Positions 5,884 through 13,722 of a stretch of DNA of 19,373 nt are shown here, piece by piece (positions within the stretch are counted from its first letter, which is position 1; every line of letters starts with the position of its first letter). This DNA is from a virus. Position numbers and translations under genes: made by a program. Below the pieces are notes generated by a model, which was not told where the DNA came from, searched no databases, and saw only the letters and a list, made by a program, of their open reading frames with translations. The stretch lies in IMG/VR virus record IMGVR_UViG_3300045988_057080; one strand, 5' to 3'.

Positions 5884-6027
5884 TGCCTATTGTCTTCTGA
5901 GCGTCGATTTTCGACTGGGAGCAACATGGGTCGGACTGCCACGGCTGAAAACGCCGCCGACCGTGAAAATCACTATCGTGGCGGTAGTGCCCTACGATCT
6001 TCAACTCGCGCTCACATAAGACGTTTC

Positions 6028-6060
6028 GACCCCGCGTGATTGCGGGGTCATTTTATTTTT
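6028..6060 (+). terminator. Rho-independent terminator ending the early/replication transcription unit
   Basis: The structure is GACCCCGC-gtgatt-GCGGGGTC followed by ATTTTATTTTT. Confidence 0.85.
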
Positions 6061-6068
6061 CCGCCGCA

Positions 6069-6077
6069 TGATATAAT
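6069..6077 (+). promoter_or_regulatory. Candidate extended -10 promoter TGaTATAAT for the late (structural) operon
   Basis: Perfect TGnTATAAT located 9 nt after the terminator U-tract and 37 nt upstream of the scaffold ATG (RBS TAAGGAG). Confidence 0.5.
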
Positions 6078-6113
6078 TTTAGTGGAACCATTGCCAATCG
6101 TAAGGAGCTTTGC

Positions 6114-6401
6114 ATGGCGGACCCAGATAATGACGGCGAGGAAAACACCACTCCGCCGCCGACCGAAGAGGAACAGCAGACGCAAACCGTGGACGATGAA
6201 GTAAAACCGAAAGAACCCGAGCCGGAACCGGAGCCGAAGCAGGAGCCGGACGTTTCCGCACGACTCGACGCGATTGAAAAGGAACTGGCCGGACTGAAAG
6301 CCATGATGGACACGCTCGGCTACAACGACCCCGCACCGTCCGACAATGACGGCGACGGAGACAATGACAGCACCGAATCCATCGAAGATTTGTTCGACTA
6401 A
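6114..6401 (+). CDS. Putative scaffolding protein (95 aa, highly acidic)
   Basis: It lies directly upstream of the major capsid gene, as phi29 gene 7 does, and is similar in size. It has a D/E/P-rich N-terminus, a short helical segment (ARLDAIEKELAGLKAMMD) and an acidic tail. Confidence 0.6.
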   Translation: MADPDNDGEENTTPPPTEEEQQTQTVDDEVKPKEPEPEPEPKQEPDVSARLDAIEKELAGLKAMMDTLGYNDPAPSDNDGDGDNDSTESIEDLFD

Positions 6402-6422
6402 AATAGTTAGGAGATATATATA

Positions 6423-8138
6423 ATGTCCAATATTCGACCACTGGCGGGCAGGGGTGACGTTGAGATCTTCAACGCCGTCCGCAACGCCACCTCCCCCCAG
6501 TTCCAGACCCGTATCCCGTCGGCAACGCAGGGCAATATCAGGAACGCCGTGGACACCATGCGCAACTTCCCCTACCTTCGTGACGAGTTCACCGGCGTGC
6601 TCATCCAGCGTCTCATTGGCCTCTATATCCAGCACGCGGATTGGGATGACCCTCTGAAACTGATCGGCTCCCCCCGCACCTTGAAGCGCTACGGCTCCAC
6701 CTACGAGCAGGCCGCCGTCGGCCTGGTCAAGGCACGCACCCGCAATTTCAACAAGGAGTATTTGGGTGATGACGTGTACGGGCGTTACTCGCTCCCGACC
6801 GCTTCAGTGTTCCACCCCCTGACGTTTGACCATTATTACCCCGTCACCATTCCTGAAGACGCTTTGCTTACGGCGTTCGACGGCGAAAGCGGCATGTCGG
6901 ATTATATCGCTGAGATCATGAACGCGCCTGTCCTCTCGGATAGGAATGATATGTATCTCATGAAGACGCAGACCTTCGCGGAATACGCCCGTAAGGGCGG
7001 TTTCTACCGCGTGCATACCCCCGACGTTGGTAAGGCCGACTCGACCGAAGCGGATGCTAAGGGATTGTTGCGCCTCATCCAGCAGATGGCGAACGAGCTG
7101 AAGGCGTCGCCAATGAGCGCCATGCCCCGATATAATGCCATGGGTTGGGTGACTCCGTGGCGAGATAGTGAAGCGATCCTCTTCGCCACTCCGCAGGTTA
7201 TCGCCGCATTGAACGTGGAAGCATTGGCCGCCGCATTCAACATCGATAAAGTCAACGTCCCGTACCGTATCATTCCGATTCCGGAGGATATGTTCGGTAT
7301 CGGCGGACAGGGCGGCAAGGTTCAGGCCGTGCTCACCACGGAGGACTTCTTCTTCTGCTGGGATGAAATGCTGGAGACGACGAACAGCCCCGTTAATCCG
7401 ATTGACGGCACGCGCAACATTTTCTACAAGCATCGTGGCAGCATCACTCCTAATCCTTTTGCGAACGCGATTCTGTTCTGGACGGGCGAAGGCTCCAACG
7501 AGTCCGTGACGTTGCCGGACACGCTCACCACCTCCACGCCGGCATTCGAGCTGCGCGTGCAGAAATACGGTCAGCCCGCCATCACTCCGCAGAACGTGTC
7601 CCGTGGCGATCTCGTCCAGGTGGTGTCCACCATCACGAGCGCCAACAAGGAAACGGCGACGTTCCAGCCAACCGGCATCAAGTATGCCGTCGAGGGCGCA
7701 ACCTCCCAGTTCACGACCATTGACAATGACGGCATCCTTCGTTGTGGTTTGGATGAAACCGCCGAAACGCTTAAGGTCACCGCTCAGGCAACCTACATCA
7801 ATCCGGCAACGCCGGAAATCGACCAGACGGTTTCCGCCGCACTATCCGTGCCCGTGGTCGGAGAATGGTTGGGCGGCTGGAAGACGGGCGCCATCGAGTC
7901 CGTCGAGATCCAGGGCGAAAAGTCGGTCAAGGCGAACGGCCATGTGGCGCTTAAGGCGATCGCCACCAAGACGGACGGCAACACCGCGGACGTCACCAAT
8001 CTCGCCACGTGGACGGTGGACGCTCACGCGACCGTCACCCCCAACGGAGTGCTGACCGGAACCACAGCGGGCACCGCCAACGTCACTGTGAGGTTTGCGG
8101 AAGCTGTCGGAACGGCAAAGGTCACCGTCACCGCATAG
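6423..8138 (+). CDS. Major capsid protein (phi29 gp8-like) with C-terminal Ig-like (Big_2-type) domains, 571 aa
   Basis: The N-terminus aligns by eye to phi29 gp8: IFNAVRNATSPQFQTRIPSATQGN versus [24 protein letters not shown], and LIQRLIGL...DDPLK versus LVDRIGLV...NNPLK. The C-terminal segment 7893-8135 (VKANGHVALKAIATKTDGNTADVTNLATWTVD...GTANVTVRF...AKVTVTA) is a classic Big_2 pattern. A second Ig-like segment lies at about 7507-7860. Confidence 0.93.
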   Translation: MSNIRPLAGRGDVEIFNAVRNATSPQFQTRIPSATQGNIRNAVDTMRNFPYLRDEFTGVLIQRLIGLYIQHADWDDPLKLIGSPRTLKRYGSTYEQAAVGLVKARTRNFNKEYLGDDVYGRYSLPTASVFHPLTFDHYYPVTIPEDALLTAFDGESGMSDYIAEIMNAPVLSDRNDMYLMKTQTFAEYARKGGFYRVHTPDVGKADSTEADAKGLLRLIQQMANELKASPMSAMPRYNAMGWVTPWRDSEAILFATPQVIAALNVEALAAAFNIDKVNVPYRIIPIPEDMFGIGGQGGKVQAVLTTEDFFFCWDEMLETTNSPVNPIDGTRNIFYKHRGSITPNPFANAILFWTGEGSNESVTLPDTLTTSTPAFELRVQKYGQPAITPQNVSRGDLVQVVSTITSANKETATFQPTGIKYAVEGATSQFTTIDNDGILRCGLDETAETLKVTAQATYINPATPEIDQTVSAALSVPVVGEWLGGWKTGAIESVEIQGEKSVKANGHVALKAIATKTDGNTADVTNLATWTVDAHATVTPNGVLTGTTAGTANVTVRFAEAVGTAKVTVTA

Positions 8139-8158
8139 CGATGATAACCAGCCGCTAA

Positions 8159-8201
8159 AATAGGTGTGGATAGACTTTATCCACACCTATTGTTTTTTTT
8201 T
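8159..8201 (+). terminator. Strong rho-independent terminator immediately after the capsid gene
   Basis: 14-bp perfect stem AATAGGTGTGGATA-gactt-TATCCACACCTATT followed by G and nine T residues. Confidence 0.85.
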
Positions 8202-8212
8202 AGGAGGGTTTT

Positions 8213-10453
8213 ATGAGCGCGAACGACTTGCCTATAAACTTCAGCTATGCGAAATGGACACCAAACACACGGTTCAAACTCTGCAACGTGCCGTGGGACA
8301 TGGGCTACAGGGATATAGTCAGATGGAGCGAGCAAGCTCAAAGAGATTATTTCGACCGATTGGACGGTATCGAGTTCACCGACTGCACTATGGCGAAATA
8401 TGGCCTTCCGGTACGACTACCGGTGCCGTTCGCCAAAGCGTGCCAATACAATTATCTGATCGCGACGAACGACTATGATTTTGATACCCCCCGTAGTTGG
8501 TATTATTTCATTCAGACATGCGATTATGTGAACGCCAACACCACACAGCTCAATATCCAATTGGATGTGTGGCAGTCATTCCAGCATGATATTAAATTGG
8601 GTAACGCGTATGTCGAGCGCGGCCATGTCGGCATCGCGAACGAGAACGCCTGGAAAGACTACGGCAAAACGTATTTGGATCTCCCCGAAGGACTCGACAC
8701 CGGCAAATGCACCGTACTCACCAACGAAGCTTGGAAACCACTCATGGATATTGGCGCGCATGATGGCGTGAAATATACATCCTACGGGCTGATCATCGTA
8801 AGCACCACCGATTTGGAGGCCGATACGGGCACCAAGGATAATCCGGTGGTCAACACCGCCACAGGTAGCGCGTTCGAGAGTCAGCTTAATGGCACATCCA
8901 TGTATTATTTGGATACGCCCGCCGATATTGTCACATTCTTCACCGAAGGCATGAGCGCACCGTGGGTCACTCAGGGAATTTGCGGCATCTACGCCGTGCC
9001 GCATCTGCCGCAAGCCTTATTGGACGGTCAGCCGAAAAAGACGGAACTTTTCGGACATTCCGTCGGTTTTATTGGTAATTGTTGGGAACTACGCAAGAGA
9101 AACGACAATAGCAACGCCCGCTACGCGGACATTATCAACTTGAAGAATTTCCGCGATACTTTCCAGTTGCCGGAACGCTACAAGTATCTGAAAAAATTCC
9201 TTACAGCCCCATATGCCTATATCGAATGCTCGTGCCTGAACGGCACCGTGATCACATACGAGCCGGAACAGATTCCGTCCGCTGACCTGATTATTCGAGA
9301 AGCGTGGAATTACGCGCCACCGTCTCCGCGCCTGAATTTCTACGCGCGCGGATATCATGCCGGAAACCTCGGCGAACATCAGCCATTGCCGAACGGACTC
9401 GGTTTGCCCATCGATACTGGCGAAATGCTCAACGCATCATTTGGCATAACCAATTTCCCCACATTCATGGCCGTAAACAACGGTTCGGCTTTGGCGCTTG
9501 CAAACAGCGCCTACACTAGGCAATACGCGCAGCAGAGCGCGGATTGGAGTTTCCAGAAAACCCAGATGGGCATTAACAACGCCTACGCTCAAGCCCAGCT
9601 CGGCACACAGTACGCAAGCGCCCAGAACCGGCTCGGCACGTCGAACCGCAACGCCATGAACGCGATCAGCAACCAGGCCGCGCAGATGGGCACCGATCTG
9701 ACGTTGAAGAATCTCGGTTTCAACAATCAGATGGCGCAGATCAACACCATCGGATCGGGTGTGGCCAACGCGGTCGGTTCCGCAGCCACGGGCAATATCG
9801 GCGGTGTGGCCGGAGCCATCGCAGGCACCGCAATCGGCGCGTGGACAAACCAAATGACTTACGACAACAACGTGTCAAGCGCGAACCAGCAATTGGCGAA
9901 CACGCAAACCACCAACAACGCTTCAACGTCGCAGGCTAACGCCTACTCGCTCGCGCAAACCAATCTGTCCAATCAACAGACCATGCAGCTCGCGGACATG
10001 AACAGGCAACTCGCGCAGGCCACGGCGCAAGGCGATTACGAGAACACCATCGCCGGCATCAACGCCCAGGTGCAGCAGACGCAAACGGTACCTCCCACCA
10101 CGTCGGGCGCTTTGGGCGGTGACGCTTTCAATCTTGCCAACGGTTTGATTGGCGTCCTGGTACGCTTCCGGCAGATACCGCCCGCCGCCATGCAAGCCAT
10201 CGGAGAAGTGTGGCTAAGGTACGGCTACTATGTGCAACGATTCATGCAACTTCCGACGAATTTGATGGCAATGTCCAATTTCACGTACTGGAAACTGCAC
10301 GAATTGTACGTACGTTCGAGCACGTGCCCGGAAGAATACCGACTTACGGTGAAGGGAATTTTCGAGAGTGGCGTGACGGTATGGACCGACCCCGATAAAA
10401 TCGGCGTCACCGACTACGCGGATAACGTGCCGCTGGCCGGTATCGCATACTAG
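8213..10453 (+). CDS. Tail knob / distal tube protein (phi29 gp9-like), 746 aa
   Basis: It aligns by eye to phi29 gp9: WYYFIQTCDYVNANTTQLNIQLDVWQSF..DIKLGNAYVERGHV versus [45 protein letters not shown]. At the C-terminus, RYGYYVQR...GVTVWTDPDKIG matches KYGYKINR...GITLWHTDNIG. The TAGGAGGG RBS is present. Confidence 0.88.
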   Translation: MSANDLPINFSYAKWTPNTRFKLCNVPWDMGYRDIVRWSEQAQRDYFDRLDGIEFTDCTMAKYGLPVRLPVPFAKACQYNYLIATNDYDFDTPRSWYYFIQTCDYVNANTTQLNIQLDVWQSFQHDIKLGNAYVERGHVGIANENAWKDYGKTYLDLPEGLDTGKCTVLTNEAWKPLMDIGAHDGVKYTSYGLIIVSTTDLEADTGTKDNPVVNTATGSAFESQLNGTSMYYLDTPADIVTFFTEGMSAPWVTQGICGIYAVPHLPQALLDGQPKKTELFGHSVGFIGNCWELRKRNDNSNARYADIINLKNFRDTFQLPERYKYLKKFLTAPYAYIECSCLNGTVITYEPEQIPSADLIIREAWNYAPPSPRLNFYARGYHAGNLGEHQPLPNGLGLPIDTGEMLNASFGITNFPTFMAVNNGSALALANSAYTRQYAQQSADWSFQKTQMGINNAYAQAQLGTQYASAQNRLGTSNRNAMNAISNQAAQMGTDLTLKNLGFNNQMAQINTIGSGVANAVGSAATGNIGGVAGAIAGTAIGAWTNQMTYDNNVSSANQQLANTQTTNNASTSQANAYSLAQTNLSNQQTMQLADMNRQLAQATAQGDYENTIAGINAQVQQTQTVPPTTSGALGGDAFNLANGLIGVLVRFRQIPPAAMQAIGEVWLRYGYYVQRFMQLPTNLMAMSNFTYWKLHELYVRSSTCPEEYRLTVKGIFESGVTVWTDPDKIGVTDYADNVPLAGIAY

Positions 10454-10455
10454 AT

Positions 10456-10494
10456 ATAATGGAGGGAGTTATATAGCTCTCTCCATTATTGTTT
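10456..10494 (+). terminator. Rho-independent terminator-like hairpin after the tail knob gene
   Basis: The structure is ATAATGGAGGGAG-ttatatag-CTCTCTCCATTAT (13 bp with one G-T pair) followed by TGTTT. Confidence 0.55.
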
Positions 10495-10506
10495 AGGACG
10501 GTGACC

Positions 10507-11445
10507 ATGAGCAAGCGTAATAACGCGCGTAAGGCGGCGCACTGGGATAACCAGAGCGTGCTCGGCTCCATGTGGGGCAATCTGAATCTGCCCGAAATGC
10601 GGCAAAGTCTCCGCATCAACCAGTATATGAAGCTGATTGAAATGCTGGCAGTGTCGCGTTTCAAATGGATCAACCTCCCCCCGTACATTGATGAAAGATA
10701 TTTGGAACTGACACTATTCGAGAACGGTTTGGCCCTCTTCTTCCCCGACAAGCGCAGGGGTGTACACCGTTTCATGGTCACGTCGGGTAATATCGGCGGA
10801 GTCAACAATTATAATAATCCGACGTCTTTTCAGCCCGTAGCCACGAACTACTCGCACCCGCAAATAGGGTCGAAGGAATGCGTGCCGATTTGGGATAATC
10901 AATTGCGGTGCACCATGATTGACGTCATGTGGAATTATGCCACGCGATTGGCGATTGCCGACCGCGCGCTCGACGTCAACCTCGACAACATTTCGGTGCC
11001 GTTGATCATCGCCACTTCAGAAACCAACAAGCTCACCGCCCAAAATCTCATGAAGGCGCGTGAAGACGGCGACCCGTACATTTACACATACGACAGTGCG
11101 GATATCACCGGCATGTTCCAAACGTTCCCCAACGTCACCCCGTTTTTGGCGGATAAGATCATCACCACGAAGACGCAGATCTGGAACGAACTCGTAAACT
11201 ACTTGGGCATCGACAACAGCACCACGGAAAAGAAGGAACGGTTGCTTGAGTCGGAAGTCACGGCGGGCAACTCACGTACGAACGTGTTCCGCCTGAGCTA
11301 CTTGAAGGCGCGTCAACAGGCGTGCGACACGATCAACCGGTTGTGGCCGCAAATGGCCGACTCCGGGAAACCTATCGGCATCGAGTGGAACGACACCACT
11401 TCAGGCGGACTCCTGGACGTTGACGGAAACAAGGAAGAGGAATAA
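10507..11445 (+). CDS. Portal / upper collar connector protein (phi29 gp10-like), 312 aa
   Basis: [28 protein letters not shown] matches phi29 [54 protein letters not shown] matches [26 protein letters not shown]. The ATG at 10507 is preferred over the TTG at 10489, which lies inside the terminator. Confidence 0.9.
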   Translation: [312 protein letters not shown]

Positions 11446-11447
11446 AT

Positions 11448-12260
11448 ATGGTGCAGGACTTGAGCATGTACGCCATCAAAGACAGCATGGCGGATTACAC
11501 GTTGACGCTCGGCAATCTGATCGCACGCGGTTTCGACACGGACGAAAAACTGCATTTGAGCGCTCAATATTACCCGATTTTCGACGAAAACTATAGGGCA
11601 AAGCTCAACGAGAAAATCGTGGCACACTACGCACTCAGGGAAATAGGAAGCGAAACACCGCAAATGTTCGTCTTCTATTTGGGGCGTACCATGCGGGAGC
11701 AGATGGACTATTTCAACCAGCTCTATCTATCCGCCCAGCGCAAGTTCGACCCGTTCATCACGTCCGACATTCGACAGGAAATGGACTCTACAAGTGTTAA
11801 CGAGTCCAGTGGCAAATCGAGCGGCACACAGTCGAACGAGTCCACCGCCAACAGCACGTCCGACACTACCGCCGACAATTCGTCAATGACGTTCAACAGC
11901 GAGTTTCCGCAGACCCGCATCGACGACTTCCGCAAGTACGCCACCACCGCATCACAAACGGACTCGACAGGCAACACGCATACGGCAACCCAGCAGGACA
12001 GCACGGCCACCGCGACCAGCACCAGCAACACGGATTACGCGCACTCGTCGGACAAGGGCAATTCCACGTCGCATACGCTCGGCACCAGTGGTTCGCAGTC
12101 CCAGCTGTTGCAGGATTGGCGCAACACCATGCTCAACATCGACATGATGGTCATCAACTCGCTCGAAACCCTCTTTTTAGGTATGTGGGGCAGTGGCGAC
12201 AACATGACCAACGTGCCACAGCTTTACAGCACGAGTCTCGCCTACAATCTCGGCCACTAG
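11448..12260 (+). CDS. Putative lower collar protein (phi29 gp11 position), 270 aa
   Basis: It lies immediately downstream of the portal gene, and its size is close to phi29 gp11. It has a central Ser/Thr-rich low-complexity stretch. The assignment rests on synteny. Confidence 0.55.
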   Translation: MVQDLSMYAIKDSMADYTLTLGNLIARGFDTDEKLHLSAQYYPIFDENYRAKLNEKIVAHYALREIGSETPQMFVFYLGRTMREQMDYFNQLYLSAQRKFDPFITSDIRQEMDSTSVNESSGKSSGTQSNESTANSTSDTTADNSSMTFNSEFPQTRIDDFRKYATTASQTDSTGNTHTATQQDSTATATSTSNTDYAHSSDKGNSTSHTLGTSGSQSQLLQDWRNTMLNIDMMVINSLETLFLGMWGSGDNMTNVPQLYSTSLAYNLGH

Positions 12261-12291
12261 AGTATACTTGACATTGACAGATCGGAGGATC

Positions 12292-12918
12292 ATGGATGGA
12301 ATAAACATGTGCGCAGCGCCGCTCGATATTGACCCGCGGCAACGCTATTTCACTACGGTTCAGCCTTTTTCGTACCGTGATACGTTGACAGTGCTTGGCT
12401 ACGTGCAGGAGGTGGCCGAACATCTCGACCAGCTCAGGGAACAGCTTGACAATCTCGCCAAGGACGAGAACGCGGACGTTGAAGCCATCAAGCAGCTGAT
12501 AGCCGGTTTCAACGGGCAATTCGAGCGCATCAATGAAACCCTGGACGACTTGGAAAAACAGGTCGGACAATACGAAGACAGTGCCCTTACCTATAACCCG
12601 ACACGTGGCAAGTACGAGGACTCGAAAAACACGAACCGAGACATATACCGCGAATTGGCCGTATTCGGGGCGCGGGTTAATCAGATGGCTACCGTAACCA
12701 CGGCTCAGGCGGCACAGCATGATTGCATCACCTGGGCGGTGTTAGGCAATCGTGAGATTTTCGGCAACGAAGAACCGCGTGTAACGCCCCGACCTCAGAA
12801 TCAGCGACCGACACCGCCACCGAAATCACCGGAAAAAGGATATATTACAGCCGACAAAACCACGTCACCGGGGACCCAAGAGACATATTTCATAGTCCAC
12901 GAAAAGAAGGGGGAATGA
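12292..12918 (+). CDS. Hypothetical virion/appendage-associated protein (208 aa): coiled-coil plus Pro-rich C-terminus
   Basis: The ATG at 12292 lies just after CGGAGG and is preferred over the track's TTG at 12268. There is a heptad-like segment (HLDQLREQLDNLAKDENADVEAIKQLI...LDDLEKQV) and a Pro-rich tail (PRPQNQRPTPPPKSPE). The location is in the tail/appendage block. Confidence 0.6.
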   Translation: MDGINMCAAPLDIDPRQRYFTTVQPFSYRDTLTVLGYVQEVAEHLDQLREQLDNLAKDENADVEAIKQLIAGFNGQFERINETLDDLEKQVGQYEDSALTYNPTRGKYEDSKNTNRDIYRELAVFGARVNQMATVTTAQAAQHDCITWAVLGNREIFGNEEPRVTPRPQNQRPTPPPKSPEKGYITADKTTSPGTQETYFIVHEKKGE

Positions 12919-13337
12919 TGGATATCAAAAAAACGATAAGCTCGATAACCGTTCGGGGGGCGAAAGATTCAGCAGGCCGCGACTTTAGAACCCAGCTTAA
13001 TATCGCGCTCGATGAAGTATGCTCTCAAGCGGGATTCGACGTGCAAAAGGATGCGGACAACACGAACGTGACGGCAACGCTACCTTGGGGGACAGTGTTG
13101 TCCATAAACGACATTATAACGAATTCATCATCAAACTCGTTGGAGGATCAGGTCATCCTCGTGTGGAGCGAGCAACTCAAAGTCGCGTACGTCGCATTTC
13201 TCAACTCGCTTGTAAATGGGAAACCCCCAGCAACTATCTTCAATCGTTCGGGCTGCTGTGGGTGGTGGGCGATAAAAAACAGGGAACACCGGGACCCGGG
13301 GCTTCCTTCCAGGCGTCACTATCCAACATGGCGATGA
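12915..13337 (+). CDS. Hypothetical appendage-region protein, zero-frame product (140 aa)
   Basis: It has an ATGA overlap with the upstream gene and an AAGAAGGGGG RBS. The last ~20 codons use rare codons (ATA, AGG x2, CGA) and read ...GCCGWWAIKNREHRDPGLPSRRHYPTWR. This suggests that real coding switches frame before the stop. Confidence 0.6.
   Translation: MMDIKKTISSITVRGAKDSAGRDFRTQLNIALDEVCSQAGFDVQKDADNTNVTATLPWGTVLSINDIITNSSSNSLEDQVILVWSEQLKVAYVAFLNSLVNGKPPATIFNRSGCCGWWAIKNREHRDPGLPSRRHYPTWR
13274..13280 (+). promoter_or_regulatory. Candidate -1 programmed frameshift slippery heptamer A_AAA_AAC
   Basis: The zero-frame codons are ATA AAA AAC (codon 120 starts at 13272), so the heptamer is in the canonical X_XXY_YYZ phase. 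The -1 frame is open from here to 13543. Confidence 0.4.
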
Positions 13338-13543
13338 AGGACACCGTCGGGAGGGACGTGCCGAATATCCTGGTCCCATTGTATTTCTCCTATGCCGCCA
13401 CCGGGACATTGAAGGGGCTTGCCCTGCCGTTTTATTTTTCCATGAGCCTAGGACGCACCCCAGCCGGAACGATAGTCACGGACGGGGTGACCGATTTTTA
13501 TTCCTGCGGAAACTGCATCTACATCAGAGAGGAAGAAAAATGA
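13280..13543 (+). CDS. Downstream-frame coding segment: either a -1 frameshift extension of 12915 (about 209-aa fusion) or an independent ATGA-coupled 69-aa ORF starting at 13334
   Basis: This is the -1 frame relative to 12915-13337. Its codons are genome-typical (GGC GAT AAA AAA CAG GGA ACA CCG GGA CCC GGG GCT TCC TTC CAG GCG ...). The ATG at 13334 overlaps the zero-frame TGA (13335-13337) but has no clear SD. Confidence 0.55.
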   Translation, partial: QGTPGPGASFQASLSNMAMKDTVGRDVPNILVPLYFSYAATGTLKGLALPFYFSMSLGRTPAGTIVTDGVTDFYSCGNCIYIREEEK

Positions 13544-13722
13544 ATGAAAATGACGAAAACCGCGACATGTACGGGCGCACCACAACCTACGGACTACCTC
13601 TCTACACCGACGATACCCCGTCCGATCTGCGCGACGGATATAATCGGGCAATGGTGATGATCGACCGACTCATGCACCAACTGGAAACCCTCATCCGCGA
13701 AACCAAAGGAACAAACCAATGA
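13540..13722 (+). CDS. 60-aa protein consisting only of the appendage N-terminal anchor module
   Basis: It has ATGA overlaps at both ends and a GAGGAAG RBS. YGLPLYTDDTPSDLRDGYNRAMVMIDRL is paralogous to YALNLYGDSDPADLRDGYNGSMRTIDTT at the N-terminus of the next gene. Confidence 0.65.
   Translation: MNENDENRDMYGRTTTYGLPLYTDDTPSDLRDGYNRAMVMIDRLMHQLETLIRETKGTNQ

Noticed and set aside
5777-6019. 80-aa plus-strand ORF spanning the polymerase 3' end and the downstream non-coding region
   Set aside because: It starts inside pol in another frame, has no RBS, and its composition is not protein-like. The region is better treated as structured non-coding sequence.
6114-6401. The acidic 95-aa protein as an anti-restriction DNA mimic
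   Set aside because: It lies immediately upstream of the major capsid gene, behind the late promoter. With its phi29 gp7-like size, this makes a scaffolding role the simpler explanation.
6048-6635. 195-aa minus-strand ORF, with nested minus-strand ORFs 6053-6313 and 6079-6441
   Set aside because: It is antisense to the scaffold gene and the start of the capsid gene, runs through the early terminator, has no RBS, and has a low-complexity G/V/R/L composition typical of the antisense strand of GC-rich coding DNA.
12268-12291. TTG start at 12268, and the tandem TTGACATTGACA motif as a promoter
   Set aside because: The ATG at 12292 follows CGGAGG. I found no convincing -10 hexamer at 16-18 nt downstream of either TTGACA, so I do not call a promoter here. 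GTATACTTGA is shared with 16437-16446, which may or may not be meaningful.
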